Part shown: positions 16,639 through 24,670 of the stretch, piece by piece
How positions within the stretch are numbered: the stretch's first letter is position 1
How the letters are laid out: every line of letters begins with the position of its first letter
NCBI GenBank assembly: GCA_964362455.1
Contig: CAYIEJ010000001.1
Span: 1-34,775 of the forward strand
DNA: 34,775 bases
From: an uncultured Candidatus Saccharibacteria bacterium
GTDB taxonomy: Bacteria; Patescibacteriota; Minisyncoccia; UBA6257; GWB1-50-10
Direction of reading: 5' to 3'
The notes under the pieces: generated by a model
What the model saw: only the letters and a program-made list of their open reading frames with translations
Database searches by the model: none
Told to the model about the DNA's origin: nothing
Translations under genes and position numbers: made by a program

Positions 16639-16680
16639 TTACAGTTCTTTATCTAAATCTTCCAAGAGTTTTTTGGCTTT
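16639..16680 (-). pseudogene. dnaJ: Remnant of a dnaJ 3' end (last 13 codons plus stop)
   Basis: 39/42 nt identical to 20084..20125. It encodes [13 protein letters not shown], the same as the live dnaJ. An in-frame TAA sits immediately upstream, so it is not part of a functional gene. Confidence 0.8.
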
Positions 16681-16776
16681 GTCTTACGAAGTCCGACTTC
16701 ATAAAATCAGTCCTTCCGCTTTTTATCCGATCGTTTTCTTTCTATCATTGGCGAGTTAATGAATTATTTCCAAAAA

Positions 16777-16805
16777 TTCACAATTTTATTTTAGCCTGCT
16801 ATAAT
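16777..16805 (+). promoter_or_regulatory. Sigma70-like promoter TTCACA-17-TATAAT giving a leaderless mRNA
   Basis: The -10 TATAAT at 16800-16805 ends 6 nt before the ATG at 16812. There is no SD, and no alternative downstream Met lies near the N-terminus. Confidence 0.55.
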
Positions 16806-16811
16806 AGTTAT

Positions 16812-17702
16812 ATGCATTTATCAATAAAAATTTCTCGCCTATCTAATTTTTTATTTTTTATTCAAAAAACAGATGGATATAATTTAATTAACTCTGATTT
16901 ACGAAAATGTTTATCAGATGAAAAATTCAGTCTGTCTTTTTATGGAAAAAGCAAAAATAAAATTTGGAGACAAATTGAAAAAACAATCGGAAAAGAAAAC
17001 GCAAAACAAGTAAAAAAATCTATCGTTTCGCTGGAGCCAGTCTTTACTTTGTATTGGCGTAAAACATCCGAGCATTTACTTTCATGGAAGCGGTATTTTC
17101 AAAATAATCAGTTATTATTTCAACATATTATTCTTGAGGTAAAGAAATTAAGCGGAATAAAACATTCGGCAGCTTCTAACATTCCGATTTATTTTGTTTC
17201 TGATCCCGTGAGTAATGATAAAGAAATTAACGCGTGGTTTTCTTGGACGCCAAAAGAAAGTTTTATAATCGTTGAAATTCCGTTTAGCCTTAAGACGTCT
17301 AATCACTTTTTCCCGCTGGCTGTTTTAGCGCATGAATTTTTCCATTTAATGTTGAGAAAAAATAAAAATCTACTTTTAAAAATTATTAAAATTACCAAAG
17401 AAAACGACAAATTATTTACAGAGCTAGCAGAAGGTATGCCAAATAGAATATTCCTGGAAGAATTATTAATCAGTTCATTTATTCCGGAGGGTTATTTAAG
17501 CGAGAAGTATTTCAACGCGAAAATTATTTCTCATATTTTAAAACCAAAAAGTTTATTAACGTGGCGAAAGTTTGTCGCGTTTAAATTAAGACGGACGACA
17601 AAAGCATATATTGATAATCTTCAGTGTATTGATGAAAAATACCTTAAAGATTTAATAAAAGTTATCAAAGAAAATACAAAAAATAGCCCCTCCAGAGTTT
17701 AG
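16812..17702 (+). CDS. Hypothetical HExxH protein (putative zinc metallopeptidase), HEFFH
   Basis: 296 aa containing FPLAVLAHEFFHLMLRKN with a downstream ELAEG. Very AT-rich. Confidence 0.6.
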   Translation: MHLSIKISRLSNFLFFIQKTDGYNLINSDLRKCLSDEKFSLSFYGKSKNKIWRQIEKTIGKENAKQVKKSIVSLEPVFTLYWRKTSEHLLSWKRYFQNNQLLFQHIILEVKKLSGIKHSAASNIPIYFVSDPVSNDKEINAWFSWTPKESFIIVEIPFSLKTSNHFFPLAVLAHEFFHLMLRKNKNLLLKIIKITKENDKLFTELAEGMPNRIFLEELLISSFIPEGYLSEKYFNAKIISHILKPKSLLTWRKFVAFKLRRTTKAYIDNLQCIDEKYLKDLIKVIKENTKNSPSRV

Positions 17703-17719
17703 TCTGAAAGGGGCTTTTG
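17685..17719. terminator. Bidirectional terminator shared by the HEFFH gene and the WDK peptide gene
   Basis: AGCCCCT...AGGGGCT (17685-17691 / 17709-17715) with inner CAGA/TCTG pairing. T-runs follow on both strands. It overlaps the stop codon of 16812..17702. Confidence 0.65.
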
Positions 17720-17734
17720 GTGGGCTCGTAGAAA

Positions 17735-17902
17735 TTACTTTCTGTTTGCCCAGTGGCCCTTATCCCAAGGACCTTTGTCCCAAGCCTTGTCCCAGAGTTT
17801 CTCTTTGCCTGAAGTCTGCATAGCAGCTTCTTTTTTTGCCTGAAGCAAAACCCGTGGAACGGGATTAGGATTTGCCTTTATGGCAGGAGTGTTATTCAGC
17901 AT
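17735..17902 (-). CDS. RiPP precursor candidate with a C-terminal (WDK)x3-WAN repeat core (55 aa), absent from the ORF track
   Basis: Hand translation gives MLNNTPAIKANPNPVPRVLLQAKKEAAMQTSGKEKLWDKAWDKGPWDKGHWANRK. GGAGG lies 8 nt upstream of the ATG. It sits 42 nt downstream of the rSAM/SPASM gene on the same strand and is followed by a terminator. The three WDK units use different codons (GAC/GAT, AAG/AAA), so the repeat is conserved at the peptide level. Confidence 0.75.
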   Translation of the reverse strand: MLNNTPAIKANPNPVPRVLLQAKKEAAMQTSGKEKLWDKAWDKGPWDKGHWANRK

Positions 17903-17944
17903 GGTTTTCACCTCCTTTCGCTGAGTGGTTTGTTTTACTTTTGG

Positions 17945-19039
17945 CTACACAAGACCATACGATCTTATTTTAGCCGAAACATGCTCAAAGTATCTCCTGA
18001 GACTTCTACAGATCTCGTCTATTGGCTCAACTGCATCGACTTGCTCATAGCAGTCCTTTGCGCAACCTCCTTTGCAGATTAAATACCAATTACATGTTTT
18101 ACAACGTTCTTTCCTCTTTCTCAGTAGCTCTCGAAAACTTTGCAAACATGAATTGGATCTAACCACCGCTGATTCATCCAGTACGTTGCCAAAGCGTAGA
18201 GCGTCTGTCTTTGGAAAAGAATCGCAACCGTAAATTGAGCCGTCGGAATAGACAGTGACGAATTGATCGCATTGTCCCATGTAGATGCATTCACGTTTAT
18301 TCCCGCCGAGAATCAAATTAACAACACTTTGAATGTCTCGGATTTCAACTTCCGGATCATCTAGCTCTAGCCAGCGATCGAAGATGGCGATCATGAAATT
18401 GGTGTATTGTGCTGGTGAAATTACCAGTGACGATACATTGTTGCAATGACCGATATTCTTCACTCTGGCAAACTTTAACTTTTTTATGTTCTCCGTAATA
18501 AAAAAGTTGAAAACTTCTTCTGGGAATCTATGATTGACAGTGCTTACACCGCAGATAACCCCGTTGAAGATTTCGGCCTGGCGCAATAAATCAATGCCTT
18601 TCATAACCTCATCGTGCGACCCTCTGCTGGTAGAGTAGTGGCGAACTTGATCGTGTAATTCCTTCGGTCCATCAAGACTCACGCCGACGAGGAAATCGTT
18701 TTCGGAGAAGAAGCGTGCCCATTCTGAAGTAATGAGAGTGGCATTTGTTTGAAGAAAATTGGCTATCTTCTTTCCTTGTTGTTTCCATTGGCATTGAAGT
18801 TCCACTACCTCGCGGTAAAATTCTAGTCCGGCAAGTAGCGGCTCTCCTCCATGCCAAATGAACTCAACATCGTCCTGATCGCGACAGAAGAAATCAATCA
18901 TCGCCTTCAATACTTCGGGGCGCATACGATTTCTGACGATATATTCTTTGAGCCCGGAAGTATAACAATACGAGCAGGACAAATTGCACGTCCCGTTGAC
19001 TGGCTTGACAATTGGAGTCGAGACTGACTGGTAAAACAT
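17945..19039 (-). CDS. Radical SAM enzyme with a C-terminal SPASM domain (peptide-modifying maturase candidate)
   Basis: CNLSCSYCY (CxxxCxxC), GGEPLLAG, and auxiliary-cluster cysteines CIYMGQC...GC and CKTCNWYLICKGGCAKDC (the CxxCxxxxxCxxxC SPASM signature). The ATG at 19039 has AAGGAGG 8 nt upstream, so I prefer it to the GTG at 19048. Confidence 0.88.
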   Translation of the reverse strand: MFYQSVSTPIVKPVNGTCNLSCSYCYTSGLKEYIVRNRMRPEVLKAMIDFFCRDQDDVEFIWHGGEPLLAGLEFYREVVELQCQWKQQGKKIANFLQTNATLITSEWARFFSENDFLVGVSLDGPKELHDQVRHYSTSRGSHDEVMKGIDLLRQAEIFNGVICGVSTVNHRFPEEVFNFFITENIKKLKFARVKNIGHCNNVSSLVISPAQYTNFMIAIFDRWLELDDPEVEIRDIQSVVNLILGGNKRECIYMGQCDQFVTVYSDGSIYGCDSFPKTDALRFGNVLDESAVVRSNSCLQSFRELLRKRKERCKTCNWYLICKGGCAKDCYEQVDAVEPIDEICRSLRRYFEHVSAKIRSYGLV

Positions 19040-19112
19040 TGCAATCACCTCCTTATCTGAACGTTGTAAAAGAACGCTCTAGAAAATCACTATGATTTTT
19101 TTTACTGTACTT

Positions 19113-19141
19113 AATATAATTCACTATCAATTATTTGTCAA
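19113..19141 (-). promoter_or_regulatory. Sigma70-like promoter TTGACA-17-TATATT for the rSAM/peptide operon
   Basis: Minus strand reads TTGACA (19141-19136), a 17-nt spacer, then TATATT (19118-19113). It lies 14 nt from the left end of the IS. Confidence 0.5.
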
Positions 19142-19155
19142 GATTGTATCATGGT

Positions 19156-20062
19156 TCAATAGCTTGTAATCACCTGATAGCGTATGTACATGACATATTC
19201 AAACAATCCCAATCTCCCTCGTGTGAGACGCGAGGCAGTAAACTTCGTCCTTCGAGGATATAGCACAAGAGAGGCCGCAAGACATTTCGGATACAGCCAA
19301 GGAGCAATCGTTAAGTGGTTGAAACGAGCTCCGGCGAATCGAAGAACGCTCATTCAAACTCTTTCCTCAAAACCTCATCATCATCCGAATGAAATTGATA
19401 AGGAGATCGTGTATCGGATTCTCGAATTGAGACATGAGCGCAATGAATGCGCTGAAATCATCCATCACAAATTGAAGAAAGAAAAAATCATTGTCTCCCT
19501 TTCCTCTGTAAAAAGAGCTTTGAAGCGTCATGGGCTCATCTATCCCTCCAAATGGAAGAAATGGCACAAGTATCCGCCAAAACCAATACCGGAGAGACCA
19601 GGCGTACTCATACAAATTGATTCAATGCGAGAAGGCGTGCCCCAAGAATGCCTTCACGCGTATGCTTTGATTGATGTTTGCTCAAGATGGGGGTATGTCG
19701 AGGCCACAGAGAAAATTTCAACTCATTTGAATGCCCACTTTCTTCAAAAAGCTCAGAAGAAGTCTCCTTTCACATTTCAAACCATTCAATCAGATCATGG
19801 CCAAGAATTCTCAAAATGGTTCACGAAGAAATGTTTGAATTGCGGTTTTGCTCATCGCCATTCAAGAGTGAGGACACCAACAGATAATGCTCATGTGGAA
19901 AGATTCATTCAAACTTTTCAGAAACAATGTCTGAATCGTGTGCCTCGTTCAATCAATGCTTGGAGGAAGGAAATTCCTGATTTCCTTAAATGGTACAATA
20001 CTGAAAGGCCGCATATGGCATTGGGGATGAAAACGCCAGCCGAAGTGATTACAAGCTATTGA
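19156..20062 (+). mobile_element. IS481-like insertion sequence (907 bp, single rve-type DDE transposase)
   Basis: Perfect 18-bp terminal inverted repeats: TCAATAGCTTGTAATCAC at 19156-19173 and its reverse complement at 20045-20062. A single ORF fills the element and its stop codon lies inside the right IR. Confidence 0.8.
19184..20062 (+). CDS. DDE transposase (HTH plus integrase-core rve domain)
   Basis: 292 aa. DDE contexts are VLIQIDSM, IQSDHGQEF and DNAHVERF. Also carries the characteristic YNTERPHMALGMKTPAEV tail. Confidence 0.88.
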   Translation: MYMTYSNNPNLPRVRREAVNFVLRGYSTREAARHFGYSQGAIVKWLKRAPANRRTLIQTLSSKPHHHPNEIDKEIVYRILELRHERNECAEIIHHKLKKEKIIVSLSSVKRALKRHGLIYPSKWKKWHKYPPKPIPERPGVLIQIDSMREGVPQECLHAYALIDVCSRWGYVEATEKISTHLNAHFLQKAQKKSPFTFQTIQSDHGQEFSKWFTKKCLNCGFAHRHSRVRTPTDNAHVERFIQTFQKQCLNRVPRSINAWRKEIPDFLKWYNTERPHMALGMKTPAEVITSY

Positions 20063-20083
20063 TTAGAAAGCAAACGCTTGGAA

Positions 20084-21205
20084 TTAAAGCTCTTTATCCA
20101 AATCTTCCAAGAGTTTTTTGGCTTTAGCGGATAGATGTTTGGGGATTTTGAGGTTAAGAGTGATGTAAAGATCACCGCGGCCGAGTTCGCCTACCAAGGC
20201 GCCGAAGCGCGGCATTCCTCTGCCCGGCACTTTTAATTTTTCTCTAAAATCAAAACCGGCGGGAATTATGAAATAAAATTTTTCACCGCTTATATCTTCT
20301 TGCGCAATTTTTTTGCCCAAAAGCGCATCCGTGATACGAATATCTTTCATTACGAAGAGGTCGGTTTTCTTTCTTTGAAAAATGAAATGTGGTTTAATTT
20401 TAATTAAAATATAAAGATCGCCGGAAGCGCCGCCGCGCTCGCCGGCTTCGCCGGAGTTTTTTATTTTTATCACCTGGCCGTCCTCGATGCCCGGCGCGAT
20501 TTCAATTAATACTTCACGTTCATCCATTATTCTGCCGTTTCCCCGGCAAGCATCGCATAATTTATTCGGCACTTCGCCGCGACCATAGCATGCCGGGCAG
20601 TTTTTAATTTGAGAAAAGTTACCGAAGAAAGTTTTTTTCTGTTCCCGAATTTCGCCTTTGCCTTGGCAGGTAGCACATGATTTTGTGCCTTTGGTTTTAT
20701 CATAACCTAAGCCGTTGCAAGCGGTGCAGACCGCATAGGTTTTTAATTTAATTTTTCTCTTGACGCCCCGGAAAGCTTCTTCAAGGGTTATTTCGTGGAC
20801 CATTTCAATATCCGAGCCGTGAGTGTAGGTTTGGCGTCGTCGCCCGCCGCCGAATTGTTCAAAAATGCTTTCGAATAAGTCGCCGAAATCAAAACCTTCG
20901 CCGCCGAATCCGGCATCCCAGCGAATCCCATCCTGACCGAAGCCAAAGTCCCAGCCCGGTGTTCCTCCCCCGCCATAGGCGGGTCCGCCTCCGGCGGAAA
21001 AAACTTGCCCGAAACGATCATACTGAGTCCTTTTTTCTTTATTGGATAAAATCTGATAAGCCTCGTTTATTTCTTTAAACTTTTTTTCGTCGCCGCCGGT
21101 CTTGTCGGGGTGGTATTGATGCGCTAACCGTCGATAGGCTTTTTTTATTTCCTCTTCAGAAGCGTTGCGATTCACGCCTAAAATTTTATAGTAGTCCCTT
21201 GTCAT
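20084..21205 (-). CDS. dnaJ: Molecular chaperone DnaJ
   Basis: J domain with HPD (YHPDK), a G/F-rich linker and four CxxCxGxG zinc-finger repeats ([32 protein letters not shown]). Confidence 0.96.
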   Translation of the reverse strand: MTRDYYKILGVNRNASEEEIKKAYRRLAHQYHPDKTGGDEKKFKEINEAYQILSNKEKRTQYDRFGQVFSAGGGPAYGGGGTPGWDFGFGQDGIRWDAGFGGEGFDFGDLFESIFEQFGGGRRRQTYTHGSDIEMVHEITLEEAFRGVKRKIKLKTYAVCTACNGLGYDKTKGTKSCATCQGKGEIREQKKTFFGNFSQIKNCPACYGRGEVPNKLCDACRGNGRIMDEREVLIEIAPGIEDGQVIKIKNSGEAGERGGASGDLYILIKIKPHFIFQRKKTDLFVMKDIRITDALLGKKIAQEDISGEKFYFIIPAGFDFREKLKVPGRGMPRFGALVGELGRGDLYITLNLKIPKHLSAKAKKLLEDLDKEL

Positions 21206-21259
21206 TTTTCTAATAGAAGGTTACACGGATTAAATTAACATTTCAATAGTCAGCGCCGT

Positions 21260-22312
21260 TTATTTTAAAAGCACAAATTCTCGGCTTCTTGTTTCAAGAC
21301 TTACATAAGCGAAGCCGACCGCAATTAAAAATTTGAATAAAATGAATGACAGAAATTCAATAAGCCAATAAAAAAGAATCGCCACACCTTTAAGAAAGAA
21401 GAAAAGAAAAGCGGCAATGATTATGCCCAAAAACGATTTAGCTTGTGGCGCTAAATCTTTGAAATAATCTTTTGTTAATCGATAAGCGGCTAAGTTTAGA
21501 GGTTCGTTAGAATTTAATGGGCCGCCAAGCAAATCTTCAAAAGTTGATTCAAGCTCTTTAGCCGCTTGACTAATTAATAATTTTTTTTGTTCTGCTGGTA
21601 AGTTGTCAAAGTTAAACGATTCGAAATCGAATGACGAATCGTTAAAAAGCTTGGGTTTGAATCTATTGAGTTGATTTTCGGCAATACCTTCCAAAAAATT
21701 TTGAGTTGTTTGGTTGTAAGAATATTGCGGCGTCCAAATCCTAAAAGCCGGCGTTGAGCCGATTAAAGTTTGATTAACCAGCGCCTGGCCTAATTTTTCA
21801 TTGAACCTCCCCCATTCAAAATAGTTGAGATAAACCAAAATAACCAGAAAAAGCAAAAGGCCGGTTACGGCTTTTGGAATAATTGTTCTGGCGACGGGAA
21901 TAAAATGTATTTTAATGCTGTTAGATAAAATTTTTGAACCGTGGTTAACCGCTAAAGCTAAGAAAATAAAAAGTAAAATTGGCGCTGATAAAAGAATGAG
22001 TGATGGTTTTGGGTAGAGGTATTTGTAAAAAATAATCAGCGTCAAAGCACTTTCAAAAAAAAGTATAAAAAAAAGTTTCACGCCGCTTTTGATGAAAAAA
22101 ACTTGGAGGACGGTGAGCGTTAAAAACAAAACACTTGAGACAATCGCCCATAAAAAATAGGAACCGCTGGCGGTTGTGATGAATAAGTTAAAAGTCGAAA
22201 CGGCGGTAAAAATAAAAATTACCCCTAAAACGGCCAAAAGAAAGATTTTGAACGTGTTGCGATCTTCTTCAAGCTCCTTGGCTTGGCTGATTATCTGTGG
22301 GTTCGGTTCCAT
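21260..22312 (-). CDS. Hypothetical polytopic membrane protein
   Basis: 350 aa with multiple hydrophobic helices at both ends and a soluble middle segment. It sits between dnaK and dnaJ and overlaps the dnaK 3' end by 44 nt. Confidence 0.55.
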   Translation of the reverse strand: MEPNPQIISQAKELEEDRNTFKIFLLAVLGVIFIFTAVSTFNLFITTASGSYFLWAIVSSVLFLTLTVLQVFFIKSGVKLFFILFFESALTLIIFYKYLYPKPSLILLSAPILLFIFLALAVNHGSKILSNSIKIHFIPVARTIIPKAVTGLLLFLVILVYLNYFEWGRFNEKLGQALVNQTLIGSTPAFRIWTPQYSYNQTTQNFLEGIAENQLNRFKPKLFNDSSFDFESFNFDNLPAEQKKLLISQAAKELESTFEDLLGGPLNSNEPLNLAAYRLTKDYFKDLAPQAKSFLGIIIAAFLFFFLKGVAILFYWLIEFLSFILFKFLIAVGFAYVSLETRSREFVLLK

Positions 22313-24131
22313 CCTTTTTATTATACAAGGTGGCGCCTACTTTTTGGAGTTCCGCCGAGAGCTCGTTTATGGCGTTTTTAATTGTTTCTGTGTTGTCGTT
22401 TTCTTTCACGCTTTTCAGGTTTTCTATTTTTTGATTAAGTCCAGTTTTAATATCTTCGGCTATTTTATCCCCCGATTCTTTTAGTGTTTTTTCGGCTAGA
22501 TAGATAAGCGATTCAGCCTGATTTTTTGCTTCAATAAGCTCACGCTTTTTTTGGTCTTCAACTGCGTGCTCGGCCGCCTCGCGTTTTAATTTTTCAATTT
22601 CGTCTTTATTTAACGCCGTGGTCGCTTCGATTTTGACTGATTGAGTTTTATTGGTTGCTTTGTCTTTAGCCGAAACGTTCAAGATGCCGTTAGCATCGAT
22701 ATCAAACGTAACTTCAATTTGGGGAATGCCGCGCGGCGAGGGTGGAATGCCGTCTAAAATAAATCTTGCCAAAGTTTTATTGTCGGCCATCATCGGCCGT
22801 TCGCCTTGTCCAACATGAATCTCGACCGAAGTTTGGCTATCACCGGCAGTTGAAAAAACCTGTGTTTTGGCAGTCGGAATTGTCGTGTTTTTTTGAATCA
22901 TTGGCGTTGCCACGCCGCCCAATGTTTCAATGCTTAACGTGAGCGGAGTGACGTCAAGCAAAAGAATATCTTTAACATCGCCTTGAAGAATGCCGGCTTG
23001 CACTGCCGCACCCACGGCGACAACTTCATCCGGGTTAATGCCTTTGTGCGGTTCTTTGCCGAAAAGATTTTTAACCGCTTCTTGAATCGCCGGCATTCTG
23101 GTTTGGCCGCCGACCAAAATTATTTCGTTGATGTCCGAGAGTTTAAGACCGGCGCCTTTTGGCGATTGCGCAGTGACTGCGTCTTTCACGAGTTGAATCG
23201 AACGGTCGATGAAATCACGAACCAAGTCCTCCAATTTTGCCCGCGTTAATTTCATTAAAAAGTGTTTGGGACCGCTTGCATCGGAAGTGATATAAGGCAG
23301 GTTGATCTCGGTTTCCATTGCCGTTGAAAGTTCGTGTTTGGCGCGTTCGGCTGCTTCTTTCAATCGCTGAACCGCCAATGAGTCTTTTGAAATATCCACG
23401 CCTTCCTGCTTTTTATATTCAGCAACCAGATATTCAATAATACGTTTGTCAAAATCGTCGCCTCCCAAATGCGTGTCGCCGCCAGTCGCCTTCACTTCAA
23501 CCGTGTTGTCGCCAACCTCAAGAATAGAAATGTCAAAAGTGCCCCCGCCGAAATCATAAACAACAATTTTTTCGCTTTTATCGCGATTCAGGCCGTAAGC
23601 AAGGGCGGCCGCGGTTGGTTCGTTAATAATCCGGCGAACCTTGAAACCGGCAATTTCGCCTGCGTTCTTTGTGGCTTGCCTTTGGCTGTCGTCAAAATAA
23701 GCCGGAACGGTAATTACAACTTCCTCGAGTTTTTCGCCTAGTTTCGCTTCAGCATCGGCTTTTAATTTTTGAAGAACCATTGCTGAAATTTCTTCCGGTT
23801 TATACCAGCGATCCCCCATTTTTATTTCAACGCCACCCTGGTTAGAACCGCGGAGATCATAAGACAACCAATTTTTATCGCGTTCCACTTCCGGGTCAAC
23901 AAATTTCCGACCGATCAAACGCTTAACCGAAGAGACGGTATTTTTTGGATTGACAACGGCCTGCCGCTTTGCCAGAAGACCAACCAATCGTTCATTGGAT
24001 TTGCTTACAGCAACAATTGACGGCGTGGTGCGGTTTCCTTCGTGGTTTTCTAAAACCCGCGGCTCGCCGCCTTCAACAACCGCCATAGCGGAATTAGTTG
24101 TACCTAAATCAATACCTAGAATTTTTGGCAT
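22269..24131 (-). CDS. dnaK: Molecular chaperone DnaK (Hsp70)
   Basis: 620 aa with [31 protein letters not shown] and a C-terminal lid. Confidence 0.97.
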   Translation of the reverse strand: MPKILGIDLGTTNSAMAVVEGGEPRVLENHEGNRTTPSIVAVSKSNERLVGLLAKRQAVVNPKNTVSSVKRLIGRKFVDPEVERDKNWLSYDLRGSNQGGVEIKMGDRWYKPEEISAMVLQKLKADAEAKLGEKLEEVVITVPAYFDDSQRQATKNAGEIAGFKVRRIINEPTAAALAYGLNRDKSEKIVVYDFGGGTFDISILEVGDNTVEVKATGGDTHLGGDDFDKRIIEYLVAEYKKQEGVDISKDSLAVQRLKEAAERAKHELSTAMETEINLPYITSDASGPKHFLMKLTRAKLEDLVRDFIDRSIQLVKDAVTAQSPKGAGLKLSDINEIILVGGQTRMPAIQEAVKNLFGKEPHKGINPDEVVAVGAAVQAGILQGDVKDILLLDVTPLTLSIETLGGVATPMIQKNTTIPTAKTQVFSTAGDSQTSVEIHVGQGERPMMADNKTLARFILDGIPPSPRGIPQIEVTFDIDANGILNVSAKDKATNKTQSVKIEATTALNKDEIEKLKREAAEHAVEDQKKRELIEAKNQAESLIYLAEKTLKESGDKIAEDIKTGLNQKIENLKSVKENDNTETIKNAINELSAELQKVGATLYNKKDGTEPTDNQPSQGA

Positions 24132-24142
24132 TTTTTCTTAAA

Positions 24143-24628
24143 TTATTTTGCGATTTTGACTCTTGTTGGTCTAATAATTTTACCGTTTAAAGTGTATCCT
24201 TTTTCTATTTCTTCGGCAATTGTTCCAACTTTTTGCTCAGATTCAATTTCGGCAACAGCTTCATGTTTCGTTGGTTCAAACGGTTGACCGATTGTAACGC
24301 TGATTTTCTCCAAACCATATTTTTTTAATAAATCTTCAAGCTGATTTTTTATTAAAAACATTCCTTTTTGGGCGGGTTCGTTGTTTTTTAAAATTGTAAG
24401 CCCCAAATCAAAACTATCAAGAACGTTTAGAAGTTCCAAAACAAGGCTTTCGTTGCTGAATTTGACAAGAGCGGCAAATCTTTCGGTCTCGTCTTTTTTA
24501 TAATTAATAAAATCAGCCTTGGTTCGCCTCCAGCCGTCGAGGTACTCATCTCTTAACTTTTCGCACTCGGCTAATTTATTTTTTAATTCATTAAGTGAAA
24601 TTTCCGGCTCGTTTTTCTGCTCCTGCAT
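24143..24628 (-). CDS. grpE: Nucleotide exchange factor GrpE
   Basis: 161 aa with an N-terminal coiled coil (RRTKADFINYKKD) and a C-terminal beta domain (GYTLNGKIIRPTRVKIAK). Immediately upstream of dnaK. Confidence 0.9.
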   Translation of the reverse strand: MQEQKNEPEISLNELKNKLAECEKLRDEYLDGWRRTKADFINYKKDETERFAALVKFSNESLVLELLNVLDSFDLGLTILKNNEPAQKGMFLIKNQLEDLLKKYGLEKISVTIGQPFEPTKHEAVAEIESEQKVGTIAEEIEKGYTLNGKIIRPTRVKIAK

Positions 24629-24636
24629 ATTCTTGA

Positions 24637-24665
24637 ATTATAAGAATAGCACTTGTTATTGTCAA
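24637..24665 (-). promoter_or_regulatory. Consensus sigma70 promoter TTGACA-17-TATAAT for grpE-dnaK, near-leaderless
   Basis: Minus strand reads TTGACA (24665-24660), a 17-nt spacer, then TATAAT (24642-24637). Only 8 nt separate the -10 from the grpE ATG, and there is no SD. Confidence 0.65.
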
Positions 24666-24670
24666 GTGGT
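24648..24670. promoter_or_regulatory. CIRCE-like inverted repeat overlapping the grpE promoter
   Basis: AGCACTTG-N7-CAAGTGGT (7/8 complementary). The left half TAGCACT matches the CIRCE consensus TTAGCACTC. The right half is degenerate. Confidence 0.4.

Noticed and set aside
16690-16760. Tiny minus-strand ORFs in the junction region: [17 protein letters not shown] (17 aa, preceded by GGAAGGA) and MIERKRSDKKRKD.
   Set aside because: The 17-aa frame is simply an out-of-frame reading across the dnaJ remnant. It has no repeat or Cys/Thr/Asp-rich core and no adjacent modifying enzyme on that strand. It is probably fortuitous.
17945-19039. Reading the rSAM/SPASM gene as an anaerobic sulfatase-maturating enzyme.
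   Set aside because: The motif layout is anSME-like, but there is no sulfatase gene in the window, and a repeat-containing peptide with an SD and terminator lies immediately downstream. A RiPP maturase role is favoured but not proven.
18672-19353. Track ORFs 18672..18857 (-) and 19156..19353 (-).
   Set aside because: The first is out of frame within the rSAM gene. The second is antisense to the transposase and starts inside the IS inverted repeat. Neither has supporting signals.
19142-20070. Target-site duplication flanking the IS.
   Set aside because: I compared the 10 nt outside each IR and found no direct repeat. The absence is reported as an observation, and no TSD is claimed.
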